Origin: Vitrella brassicaformis CCMP3155 | Lineage: Eukaryota; Protista; Chromerida | Reading direction: 5' to 3' | Length of the DNA: 64,000 nucleotides | Assembly (NCBI GenBank): GCA_001179505.1 | Contig: CDMY01000217.1 | Coordinates: 62,001-126,000 of the forward strand | Shown here: one piece after another, positions 23,201-35,049 of the stretch | Layout of the letters: the number at the start of each line of letters is the position of its first letter | How positions within the stretch are numbered: position 1 is the stretch's first letter | Position numbers and translations under genes: made by a program | The notes under the pieces: generated by a model | What the model was told of the DNA's origin: nothing | What the model saw: the letters and a program-made list of their open reading frames with translations, nothing else | The model's database searches: none

Positions 23201-25161
23201 NNNNNNNNNNNNNNNNNNNNNNNNNNNNNNNNNNNNNNNNNNNNNNNNNNNNNNNNNNNNNNNNNNNNNNNNNNNNNNNNNNNNNNNNNNNNNNNNNNNN
23301 NNNNNNNNNNNNNNNNNNNNNNNNNNNNNNNNNNNNNNNNNNNNNNNNNNNNNNNNNNNNNNNNNGGGGGGGGGGGGGGAGGGACATGCTCACTGGTAGA
23401 CGGCCTGGCCCGTCTGCGACTGTCCTGACGTCGGGCCATCCGCAGCCTTGAAGTTCTTGGCCTGCACACATCAAAAAGCCCCCCATGCACACGTGTGTGT
23501 GTTGTGTTGTTTGGTGTGGTTGTCTTGCCTTGTGCGCCTCGTCAAACACGATCAGGCCGCCACTGCGGACACGGCTGTTCTGTGTCTGCGCGCTCGACGA
23601 AGACGACCGGCTCTCAGCTGGGCCGCTCAGCCACCTGATCAGCTGACACACACCCACACACCCACACACCCACACATCCCAGTGTCTGTGTGTGGGTGTG
23701 TGTCCGTGTGAGTGCACCTGCTCGACGCGCGAGGCCTTGTTTGGCCCTTTGCCGCCCTGCACCAGTAGGCTGTATGACGAGAACAGCACCACAGGCTGGC
23801 CGGGCCGCCAACCCTGACGGCGAAGAGCCCACACAGCCATGCACACAGACATGGTATGCACACAGATCGGCGCGGGCAGCGTGTGTGAGGTGGGTTGGGG
23901 ATGAAGGGTTGGCGGCGTACGTGTTGTCTGAAGTGCTTTTTGGCGGTCTGCGGGTCCAGGTCGACTGAAGCATTGATCTCCTTCAGAGGCACTACCTGCA
24001 TACACACACACACACATGTTGATGCGCACGTCTTGATGCGGGTGTGTTGGCACATGTTGCTGCGTACCGCTACTTTGCCCTTGATGTCGCGAATGTCCCT
24101 TGTAGCGTCTTGTATGAGGTCGCTGCTGGTCGACAGCCACAGGTGCCGCAGGAAACCCGAGTTGCACAGGTGGATGATCGTGCCTGCTATCACGCGGCCC
24201 TTCCTGACACCGTCACACCAACCACCACAACCACACGCAGGTGTCGGAATGCTTTTTCTAGAGCATAAGTGCGTGTGTCGACTCACCCGCAGCCAGTGCC
24301 GTCAGAAAGGAAGAATCCCACACCACCACCACCACCACCACTACGAGCACCACCACTAGACAAAGACGACAGACCAACCGACCTGCAATCGACCAATCAA
24401 CCAAGCGCCAGGTACACACCCACACACCCACACACCCACACACCCACACCCACACCCACACCCACTGCATCCACGCGACGCCAGGCAGCGAAGTTACCTG
24501 GCGAAATATGCGATCGGCTCCAGCTGCGGCGACGATATGCGCCCCTCATTTACCACACTCCGGGGGATGCGCACCTCCAAATCGGCACACAGGGGGGGAG
24601 GGCTGCATACACCGGAGAGCACATTCACGATGGCCATCAGTCAGTGTGTGTGAGAGCGTACCTGACAGCGGCGAGCGTGTTTGATTCCGCCAACAGGTCG
24701 GGGTGGTCCTTTGCGATGTGGCCGACGACCCCTGACCTGCTGAACAGCCGCATCACGCCGCTGTCATCCTGATCTGATGAAGCCGCCTGGTGCTGCTGCT
24801 CGGGCTCCATAGCACCATCCTGCAAAACACAGTGCAGATGCGCCTCATTTAGACCGTACGGTGCACCCCTCCCACGTACCTCCGTTCGCCGCCCCGGATA
24901 GATCCACTCGCCCGTCCCTCCTCCCTCCCGCTCGTCAAGGGCATTCTCATCGGTCATGCATTCGTCGTTACCCTCATCGCCGTATCCCTCGTCCATCGCA
25001 TCATCGCCACCGGGGCTATCCTCCTCAGAGTCTTCGCCTTCGTCGGAGTCCTCAGATTCCGATGATGAGATCTCCGGCTGATCCTCATCGTCGTCGTCAT
25101 CTGCGATGGGCTCATCTTTGCGAGCGCGTTTGGCTGCCCGGGCTGCGTCCATTTCGTCCAT
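17933..25161 (-). CDS. SBNO: Strawberry notch-like SF2 helicase protein (AAA_34 plus Helicase_C_4); interrupted by two gaps
   Basis: Spliced motifs: SSPQLEPIAY, GFFLSDGTGCG/KGRVIAG, LWLSTSSDL..DA.RD, IVFDEAHKAKN, VLYSSATGAS, RLGLWG, YVCRQLSF, KVPTAV..AKEAL...VVIG, PRNVLDSLIDE, VAIITEAASAGISLHA, QQLGRCHRSNQ, GERRFISTVARRVKSMGAITTGDR. Confidence 0.92.
22130..22429. other. Assembly gap (300 N)
   Basis: N run flanked by G/C homopolymers, inside the SBNO gene. Confidence 1.
23066..23365. other. Assembly gap (300 N)
   Basis: N run flanked by poly-G, inside the SBNO gene. Confidence 1.
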
Positions 25162-25374
25162 TTTTTGTGCTACTTTCCGGGAGATGCGAGCTCATTGGCG
25201 ACCGGGGGAGAGGAGTGAAGGGATTGATTGCATCGTTTTCGGTGCTTGTGCTGTGACTTCTGCGTGTATGGGGCCATCTGAAGGCGATGCAATGATTGCC
25301 TTCACAGTCCAGACCGGTTTCCCCGGTCAAAACAGGTATACATCCCACATGTGCGGACCAGCAGATGTTGTATG

Positions 25375-25625
25375 CAGACTGACGATACGGACGGCATGAA
25401 ACACTTTCATCCCATATAAAATGTAGGCACCGATCGCCAGACACCTGCATCCACAACATGACGCGTCAAAAGAAGATGGTGTCCCTCACGTCACATTCAC
25501 TTTATCCCCTCCCTGACTTGTCAGCGACTCTTGCGCAGTGACGAACAAAACGCCGGCCACCGTGACGATCATAAGCTTGTCGCCTTTCCCTGTCTTGGCG
25601 TTCTCTTGCAAGTCCGTGCGAAGAA
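25375..25625. repeat. Module E, copy 1 (on the minus strand, the 3' end of a membrane-protein-like ORF plus a spacer)
   Basis: CATCCCATATAAAATGTAGGCACC...TGCATCCACAACATGACGCGTCAAAA...ACGCCGGCCACCGTGACGATCAT recurs at ~33710, ~35053 and ~37691. Confidence 0.85.
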
Positions 25626-25746
25626 AGCGGATTTAAGTAAGGGACACACAAGAGGCAAAGAACGCACGAAAGACGCTGAAAAACTATGTGTGTGTGCGTG
25701 CGTGTGTGTGTTTGTGTTTTTTAGGTGTGTGTGTGTGTGTCTGCAG

Positions 25747-26219
25747 ATCTCTCACCCCACACCTCCTTGAGAGCAGTGAAGACAGTGCAGCGCCCTCGTC
25801 CCATCCCAGCCCTCCCTTCTTCCAGCGACGCAGCCTCTCCCGCACCGCCGTCACCAAGGCAGCCCGCATGGTCACGTCCACTGAGGATGCCGAACGAGCC
25901 GCTCTCCACTCGCAGATCGACGACAGCCATCAAGGCGACATCGACACGATGCTCAATGACGTCAGACAGCACATCGATGAGGCCGGAAGTAGTCTGGGTC
26001 TCGCGAAAGTGTTGGCCTTCGACGGTAGTGGTGATTCTGCAGGTCGGCTTGAGGGTGGTCTATCTGCTGGAGCAGGGCACTGGCGACGAGTGGCGGGCCA
26101 TGGGGCATTTTCTTCGGATGGCCTTCATCTTTGGGTTTACCCCTGCCGACACGACGCGGCCCTGCAGATACCGGCCGACTCGCTGCCCACAGCGACGGCC
26201 GGCAGCCAAAGATGAATGA
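25747..26219 (+). pseudogene. Possible frameshifted remnant of a lineage-specific gene; a related remnant lies at ~32000-32250
   Basis: Protein-like stretches alternate between two frames (IDTMLNDVRQHIDEAG...LAKVLAFD, then VVYLLEQGTGDEWRAMGHFLRMAF, then LQIPADSLPTAT). GGCAGCCAAAG(A/G)TGAATGACCCCAGACAA is shared with 32010. Confidence 0.35.
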
Positions 26220-27052
26220 CCCCAGACAACGGACACAGCAGACTGAGGTCGGGCGCACACCTTTCGATTTAGAGGTGAGTGTATGTGGGTCAGCTGCGTG
26301 GTGTCCAGCTGTTGTCTCTCTCTCTGTCTCGGTGTCTGTGTGTGGCGTGTGTGGTGCCTGTGGTGCAGGTGACTGGCAGCTGTATGGTGTTTCGATGGAT
26401 GCTTCGATAAGCTGCCTGTGTGGAGCTCTGGATTACACAGGCAGGGATAGTCGCTTACGGATCTATCTGTGTACACGTACACGGCTTGTGGGGGATCTGA
26501 GGGCCTGACTGAGATGGGACGGACGGATGGATGGATGGATGGATGGGTGGAGCGAGTGGGCGGGCGAGACAGGGCCGATGTGATACGTACAGGTTTGGAG
26601 GACTTAATACAAGACGTGTCAGTCAGTCAGTCAGTCAATCAGGCAGGCAGGGAGGGAGGGAGGGAGGGAGCCGGTGGACGGATTGATGGCTGAATGAGTG
26701 AGTGAGTGATTGGATCGCCGTGTGAACGTTTGTGAGGTATGTAGAGCGCACATGAAGTGCATGGACCGATGGATATATGGTTGGTAGCCCTTGAACAAAT
26801 TGACCACACCAGTCGACCACAATCACTGATTGAGCGTCCACTCATTAAGTTGTCGGCGGCCTTGCTTCGATTGCTCGATTGGTTCCTCCTCTACGTTCAA
26901 GTTGGCTGCTGATCGTTCATCCATCTTGCTTACGTGCGTGCGTGCGTGCATGCGTGTCGGTTTCTCTACAGTGCATGCATGTAGAGATAATTTCTGAAAG
27001 CATACAAGCATTGCAGAAATCCTGGAATGTTCGACAAGAAATCCTGGAATGT

Positions 27053-30000
27053 TCAGACGCGACTGCCGTTAGCATCCTCCTCCTTCCCGCCCTGCAGGAC
27101 GGTGAGCTGATCGTCGCCCAATACTCGCCGCTCGGTCCTGCTCTCAAGGTAGCTCTTCTTCCGGCTGTCTCGTGTGTCAGATATGGATCGTTTCCGGAGA
27201 TTTATTCCCTCATCCTCTGGCTTGTTGTCTCCCGTCTCTGTCGCTTTCTGGCCTCGCTTCAAGAGGTTGTGGAAGACTTGCCATGCACCAACGCCTAGGC
27301 CGGCCACACCGACGATGCCGAGCACGATGGATAGGATTGTATCGACGCACTCGGGCCGGCTGTAGGTAAACCAACCGCATTCGTCGTCTTCCTCATCATC
27401 GCCCTCTGTCTCGACCTCGCTGCTCAGCAGAAAGTATCTGGGGTCGGAAAGCTCCTGGGGACTTCGGTGGAGAATCCGCACTTTGTGGCTCGAATCAAGG
27501 TCGATGATCACGCTGCCGCTGCTCATCCTCTCCTGCAAATCGCTCATCTTCGTGATTGCGGGGAAGCTGACAAGGTTCACCCGGTCGTGGGTGCTGCCAG
27601 TATCGAAGTCGTGAATTGTCACATCACACGGCGCATCTGAGACGACGAATGTATCAGCACCTCTGCCACCGGTGAGCTGGTCGGTGCCTCCTCTTCCGTC
27701 GAGTGTGTCTGCTCCATCCCCTCCAACCAAAGTGTTCCCTTGGCTGTTGCCCCGCAGAGTGTCATCGTGTCTCGAGCCTTCGACGTGCGCGATCACACTG
27801 CCCTCGGCCAGAGTAATGAACTTCCTATTTTCTGAGTCGTCACAGGCCAAGCGCACATCTGGCAACAAACGAGTAAACAATGTGACAAATGAAAGAGAGC
27901 ATTTGAGGTACGCACGGATGGATGTATTCACCTCCTGCTTCTGAGTAGGACATTTGGCAACCTTCCGCTGGATCGCCATCTGAGCTGCCTGACGAAATCT
28001 CGACCTGGTCAAAGGGTATGTTGGGTGGAAGAGGCGGCAGCGTCTTTCCGTCTGACGGATCTAGCGGACCTGCAGAAAGACACTGAGCGTGAGCAACAGG
28101 TAGACCGATCGATGCCATTCTGTCCGTCTGGCGGCGCACCATTCTCGCCGTCTGGCGGCCCACCATTCCCGCCGTCTGGCGGCCCATCGCCTCCACCTGA
28201 GCCTGACACGTACAAACGCAGACAAGCATCCGGCTCTTTCCTTGCCAGCCGATGGGAGAAGGAAGACCTGGTGGGAGGGCTGCGTCTTGCGTAGTGCTGG
28301 CAGGTTCGACTGTTGATGGCGGAATTGTTGTTGGCGGCATTTCTAAAACGCATGTAACACATGAAGGAGCGAAGACATGAAGAATGTACATATGTCTCTG
28401 TTTCTGTGCTCACCGTAAGTAACTGTCAAGACGTTTGAAGCCACGTTTGGGTTACCGACAAGGTCCTCAATTTTGCCTTCTGGGAGCTGCACTTGTACCC
28501 CACCCTCTGCATCTGGCGCTACACCAATGCTAAAGGTGTCGCTGGAGGCCCCCGTCTCAGTCACGCTGACCACGGAAGCGTTTGTGATGGCAAAATCACT
28601 GAGTGTCAGTGTAGAAGCCTTGATGGGCTCGTCAAAAATCGCTGTCACAATGAAAGGGTCGCTCTTCACAATGCCCTCAGAGGCCGCTGCTGCTAAGGCT
28701 GGAGTTGGCTTGATTACATCTGAAGAAACACAAGGTTTTACACCGTGCGGCCCTGTTCTGTGTCTAAATGCCCACCCACCAATCGTGACAGTCAAACGTT
28801 GGAGTCTTCGTTGAAATGGCCGGGGGCATTGTACAACTCCACTTTGCCAGCGGTGTGCCGCTGCTGGTTGGCTGTACATTGGCTGTAAACAGCTGATTGG
28901 AGAACGGTTTGCAGAGAAGTGACAGACGCCTCAGCAGTACCAGATACAACGATGTCAGCCGCCTCGAAAGAGGCGGATTTGGCGGGCTCAGAGAGCGCGA
29001 TGCCTACAGTGAAGGGCAATAAGCGAATGCGAAGGGCGTCAGTACTAAGAGTTGGGATCATTGGTCGAGCTGTGAAGTTAGATAAGCCAACGAATATGAT
29101 ACAACGCCATGTCTCGTGTCTCTTCCTTTCTTTGTGCCTTCACCTACGTGTGCAGATAGAAGGTCCTTCTCCTGCATCACCGAATGTGCTCTGGTGGTCA
29201 CACTCCCATCCCTCCTCAATCGTGCAGGATGCACTACAGCCATCGCCGCTTTCTGGTGTGGCAAGGCTGTCAGGTGTTCCGACATCATCGCATTCCTCAA
29301 GTGCCGGCGTCACCAAGCCATTTCCGCAGACGTTGGCGCAGTTCCGGTCATTTTTGCCGATGACAATGCCGTCATAGTATTGATTCGGGTTCTCAAACTT
29401 GAATAACTCGTCTGATTCGCCACCCGTTGATCTTGGTACGAGCCCGTTGCCGCTAAGAGTGAATGTCTCAGTATCGAGGCGGTCTTCATCGCGGTCCTTC
29501 GCATGTATCATCGTTGTCAGCTCGTTCTCGATAAAGCAATTATCCACAATCTCGATTTGGCGATAGTTATGTAGACGTATCGCGGACCGACGATTTGCTT
29601 CATCAGCATCATCATCGCTTAGCGCTGCATTTCGACGAAATGTTGACCTCTTGATGGTCAAGGAGTCTCCCTTCAGAGAATGGTAATCGAGGTGAATAGC
29701 ACCTGGCTTGTTTTCCTCGAAGGTGCATTCCTTAATCACAACATCACCTGTCAAGAACGAGACACGCGTTTTACGAGCAGCAAGTTGCTTTGCACTGCAT
29801 GGCGTACCATAAGCAAGTTGCAGTACACCATCGTCTTCATGCCAGCTACCATGAGGGATCATGGTATAGGAATTGCCAATAAAAGTGCTCCTCTCGATAA
29901 TTACAGTCTTCCTTCCCCACGCGTCAAAGACATGCGGCCATCCACTACAGCTGTATTCCGATTCAACATGGTTGTTGCGAAATGTTGATTGGCGGATGAT

Positions 30001-30981
30001 TGCTGATTCAGAATACGAATAACTGCCGGCACTTAGCTTCAGAATGTTTGTATAATCACATAAAAAGCCGCCCGATCTGTACTCTCGACGGTTGCCTTCA
30101 AAAGTCGTTTGCTCCATAAGTGAGTTGCATTAGGAAATATCCACCATGGCACCCGAGGCGGGCAAGGTATCATAAATGAGATTGCCGTAGACCAGGCTGT
30201 TTTTCAGAGTGACGATTCTGGTCGGAGGCGTAGCGGACGATGATGCCCCACCGCAGTAGAGCACCATCCCTTCATTCCCATGAAAAACCGACTCCCAGAA
30301 ATGAACGTCAATCGTATGTTTCTCCGAACCCCATTGCTCAATATTCACGGCGCTGAATGAGGGATATTCGCTGTTGCTGCACTCCTCAATTGACACTCGA
30401 TAGAAAGCTATACTCATCGTCTTTGCGGAAGAGGAGGAAGAAGGTTTTGTGATGTGAATTACATCCTTTGTTTCGTAATCCCTGATTAGTCCATTGTTTG
30501 TAAAGCGGACGCCTCCCACAGTGAAGTCCTCAGTTGCTTCAGCTACCAGAGATGAGCCCTTGTCTGGGGCCTTGATAAAAGGGAACGAGCCGGCATTGCT
30601 GAGGTCTTGAGGGAATAAGTAGACATTGCGCCCCTTGAAGATGAGACTGCTTTGCAGACTGATCTCGGTTACACTCGGGTCGATGCGAATGCAGCGAATG
30701 GTTGTCTCCGTCTCCGGCTGTTGGGCTTCAGCATGCCGAGCGCCTCTCTAAGAGAGCCTGTTCCCGAGTCAGCCGCACTCGTGACGGTCTTCGTCGAGGC
30801 GCACGTCGGTGCGACGAAGTCCGACGTGCCGAAGAGCGCTACAAAGCCCGCCTCATTCATCGTAGCAGCTGACATAAACAAAGGAGAGCACGCGGGCCCA
30901 ATGCGAAGACAGAATGTCATGTTTTGTCTTCCACTCACATTGCGCGAGCAGAGCCAGCAGATGGACAGCTACGGTAACCAT
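27053..30981 (-). pseudogene. Type I membrane adhesin-like gene: SP, CSLREA-like, parallel beta-helix, Myxococcus Cys-rich repeat, 2 bacterial Ig-like domains, Pro/Gly linker, RTX repeats, TM. Appears disabled
   Basis: MVTVAVHLLALLAQ/S; VTSAADSGTGSLREAL; repeated xxSTFxxN; CGNGLVTPALEECDD...GDGCSASCTIEEGWEC; PFIVTAIFDEP...DLVGNPNVASNVLTVTY; GGDGADTLDGRGGTDQLTGGRGADTF; ILSIVLGIVGVAGLGVGAW. There is an in-frame TAA at 30130-30132 and apparent frameshifts near 30735 and 28795-28900. Confidence 0.75.
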
Positions 30982-32889
30982 CTTCACGACTTTGGCACAT
31001 GAGTGAATCATTGTGCTGTCGACGTGCATATCTGGCCCCTGGTACGGCGTGGGCCCGTCTATAGACGCTGGTCTCTTAGTTGTCCAGGTTAGAACCTTCC
31101 GTGATGCACGCCGATCACATGAATGCGAGCTTAGATGTGCAAAAAGGGGATGGGCACAGAACAACAGATTAGCAGGAGCCAGCAGAGAGGCTCACAGGAA
31201 GGCCACACACCCAGCCAGAAGCAGCCACAAGGTCAAATGAGCAACGCTGATCTGTCTGTGTGTCATATGTGCAGAGGTGGGGCGTACTGTGCTGACGGGG
31301 CCAAGACGGCTGAAAGTCCGGGCACTCCCGAGACAGACGGAGAATTGAATTCCCTCGAGAGCGCTCTGGTTGACCTTCTCTGTGTGTCATTCGGGCTGTA
31401 TGTCATTGTGGTGGTTATCTGTAGACAGACGGCCGCCCAGTGAGTGTGGACGGTGGACGCATCAGCACGAGGCTCATTTGGGTGTCAGTCTGAGGATTGC
31501 TCTCGCCGAGGGCATTGTGATGCGTCGGTTGGCCTCTGCTCACGGTGCGTCAAGGTGCACAAGCGAGGCTATGATGTGATGGATGGATCGACCCACCTGT
31601 GTGCAGCTCGGCAAGGAGTGCACACATGGTTGGCCGCGGCGTCCGTCCGGTTTGGTAGGTGCAGTGTTCGGCGCTGCTTTGCCGAGCCACTATTGTAACC
31701 ATTCTGCGGTTTCTGGGTGCATAATGAAGGCCTTTGTGTGCGCACACAGACATCCGGCAAAACTTACGAACCGACTCAGTCGTCCAACGCGACTTCTTTT
31801 CTTCGAGGTACCCACTTTGCCGGATCGATGCAGGCAGGCTGGCCCGCATACACACCCGCTCTCCCTCCTTCTCCCTCTCTCTGATGTGTCGTCCTTTCGG
31901 TCAGTTTCTATCGGGATGTGTGTGTGTGTGTGCGGTTGGGCAATGAGTGCGGGTGAGCGGTGCCGACAGACACACAAGCATGTGCATTAGGTCGGCGGGG
32001 CGGCCCGGCCGGGCAGCCAAAGGTGAATGACCCCAGACAAAATAAATATTGCGATTCACAGGTGGGTGGGTGGGTGTATGCGGGCCGTCATGTGGACGTG
32101 TTCATCTCTGTGTGTGTGGGCGCGGTTGGTACCTTTGTTCAGGTGGCAGGCTGCTCCGTTGTGTGGGCGGGTGGACGGGCTGCCTGTGTGGGGTCCGCTA
32201 CTCATATGTCGAGCAGCTCAAAGCGGCTGTGCGAGTGCTGTGGTGCGCTGAGTGGATAGATGTCTGTATATGACACTCTGACTTGCGGATGTGGTTGATC
32301 GACTCATTCATGGATGGGCAGAAATGCAGTCCTTAAATTCTCTCTAGGCATATGAAGGGTCTCAATTCACTCACAGCATCGCTCGTCAGCTCCACTCACG
32401 GATGCACACACAAGGACCGGATCACTGCACGCAGTCGGCCGAGGCACATGCAACGAGCGAATCAACAACGCTTCGCGTGTGTGTTATGATGCACTGTGAG
32501 CCCCAAACGGCTGCACACACACACACACACACACACACGTGTGTGTCTTTCCCAGCCAGCAGATAAAGATATTCATATTCATGCCTGTCTGTCGGTCGGT
32601 CGGTCGGTCTGTCTGCCTGTCTGTCTGTCTGCGTGGGTGTGGTTGGCCGACCTGTCTGTGTTTTTCTTTGGTCTCTTCCATCTGCTCCACGTGGCTGCGA
32701 GACGAAGGAAGACATGGAGAGGCAGTGTGTGTGTGTGCAGGTGATCCGGTGAGTGGCTGAGTGGGTCAGTGGGAGGGCACCGCACCGGTGGTCCAGTTTC
32801 TTGATGGCCTCTTCTCTCTCTCGGATGGCCTTAATCTACACACCAAAACACAGTCAGGAATGCACTCACACACGTTTGTGTGTCCTTCG

Positions 32890-33808
32890 CGCCCCTCATC
32901 TACCACACTGCGGGGGATGCGCACCTCCAGATCGGCACACAGGGGGGGAGGGCTGCATACACCGGAGAGGAGAGCACATTCACGATGGTCGTGAGTCAGT
33001 GTGTGTGCATGTGCTGCGTGTGAGAGCGTACCTGACAGCGGCGAGCGTGTTTGATTCCGCCAACAGGTCGGGGTGGTCCTTTGCGATGTGGCCGACGGCC
33101 CCTGACCTGCTGAACAGCCGCATCACGCTGCTGTCATCCTGATCCGATGAAGCCGCCTGGTGCTGCTCGGGCTCGATAGCACCATCCTGCACAACACCAC
33201 AGTGCAGATGCGCCTCACTCAGACCGTATGCACCGCTTTCACGCTCGTGTGTGTGTGTTCCTACCGTTCGCCGCCCTGGATAGATCCACTCGCCCATCCC
33301 TCCTCCCTCCCGCTCCTCAGGGGCATTCTCATCGGTCATGCATTCGTCGATATCCTCATCGCCGTATCCCTCGTCCATCGCATCATCACCACCACCAGGG
33401 CTATCCTCCTCCTCGGCTTCATCGGAGCTCTCAGATTCTGATGATGAGATCTCCGGCTGATCCTCATCGTCGTCGTCATCTGCGATGGGCTCATCTCTGC
33501 GAGCGCGTTTGGCTGCACGGCCTGCGTCCATTTTGCGCGTGAGATGCGAGCTCATTGGCGACCAGGGAAGAGGAGTGAAGGGATTGATTGCATCGTTTTC
33601 GGTGCTGGTGCTGTGCCTTCTGCGTGTATGGGGCCATCTGAAGGCGATGCAATGATTGCATTCACAGTCCAGGCCGGTCTTCCTTGTCAAAACAGGCCAC
33701 AAGAGGTTGGTGTGCAGACTGACATGACGATACGGACGGCATGAAACACTCTCATCCCATATAAAATGTAGGCACCGATTGACAGACACCTGCATCCACA
33801 ACATGACG
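32890..33808 (-). pseudogene. Truncated 5' duplicate of the SBNO gene with upstream module E
   Basis: Close copy of 24540-25463 (MDAGRAAKRARRDEPIADDDDDEDQPEISS...SNTLAAVR; VRIPRSVVDEGR). Similarity stops before the helicase motifs. Confidence 0.85.
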
Positions 33809-34383
33809 GGCGATGAAGGCTGAGATAGACGTGGATTGATGGCTTGTGCATATCATCGGCGCAGCAGTGGGTGGAGCGAAGCTGCACAAGCCATGCAGGG
33901 CAAATCTGTCTGTCTGTCCGTTGATTGATGTTATGTCTTACGGTCTTGTGCCATGGTACTGAGGGGTACTGAGGGGGGATGGGCGCCTATTGGTACCCGC
34001 CGGCCGCGATGGTCTGCGGGATGGACACAAACAGCAAGCTCCTCCATCCCTTCCCTCCCTCCATTCCCTCCTTGTGTGTTTGGCGACCTACCTGGATGGC
34101 ACTGACATGGCGGCAGGAGGCGGTCGAAACGGGTGCAGCACCGGAAGCGGCGCCACCCTGAGACGAAGCAAGCCATTCACAGCATGTGGGTATCTGTCTG
34201 TCTGTCTGTGTTCACGTGCTGTGTCACCCGGCCGGAGGTCGGACGGGCAACACCGGCGGATGCACAGGAACGTAACGCACAACCTGCCTGCAAACACAAC
34301 ACCCACAAGCATCCATCCTTCTGTGTGCGTGTGTCTTTGTGTGTGTTCACACATCCATCCCATCACTTTATCCCTTTCCCTGC

Positions 34384-34825
34384 TTACGGCGCCACCACAG
34401 CAGCAGGAGCCTGTTGCTGGCCAGCACGCGCCACTGCAGCAGGAGCCTCTTGTTGGCTGAGACCAGCAGCGCCAGCAGCCTCCCCCTTTCCTCCCACCCC
34501 CGCCCGCGCCCCAGCCGCAGCCACAGGGGCAGCGGCAGCGGCAGCAGCCTCTCCCTCCTCTTGCCCCTGCTCCTTCTCCTTCTCCTGTTTCTTCTTGGGC
34601 AGATACTTCCACGGGTACATTTTCCGCTTGATGAACTCGGGGTCGGGAGTGCCGTCGGGACGCAGCCACTCCTCGGGGATCGTGACGATACGGTCGCTAC
34701 GGGCGTACTCCCAGTCAGGCGCCACTGACTGCCGGCGACTGCCGGGCGGAAACGGAGGGTCTCGGTGCTCGAAGTAGTTGCCGCAGGCGCTCAGCTGGCC
34801 GCCCCCATCGTACAACAGGCCTGAC
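34384..34825 (-). CDS. Hypothetical protein, terminal exon
   Basis: After the acceptor, LLYDGGGQLSACGNYFEHRDPPFPPG...WKYLPKKKQEKEKE followed by an Ala-rich tail. No family recognised. Confidence 0.45.
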
Positions 34826-35049
34826 GACGGTCAGGTCACACACAGACACGCACGAATACGTTACATGGATGGAATCCGCATCTCTCTCCTTCTTTCGTGC
34901 GAGGCGTGGATATTCACCCACACGGAGGCGCGTCGGGGTCTTGCGGCGTCCTGCATGACATGGAAAGAGGAAAAGGAGATGAGAATTGAGGACGGACCAA
35001 AGATGCTGAACGAAGGTCGACATACTGACTGTATACCATTGTATCGGTT

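Noticed and set aside
23040-23380. Poly-G/poly-C tracts beside several gaps as possible G-quadruplex elements
   Set aside because: They are more simply explained as sequencing drop-out at homopolymers; true lengths are unknown.
28100-28200. Three ~27-bp tandem repeats as a standalone minisatellite
   Set aside because: They encode the GPPDGxNG linker exon of the adhesin gene.
26900-31200. Adhesin island as bacterial contamination
   Set aside because: It has canonical GT-AG introns at domain boundaries and an ER-type signal plus TM anchor; read-level confirmation of the borders is still advisable.
31444-31698. EGF-like peptide CQSEDCSRRGHCDASVGLCSRC on the plus strand
   Set aside because: It is short, has an in-frame stop just upstream, an alternative frame is equally plausible, and no gene model closes.
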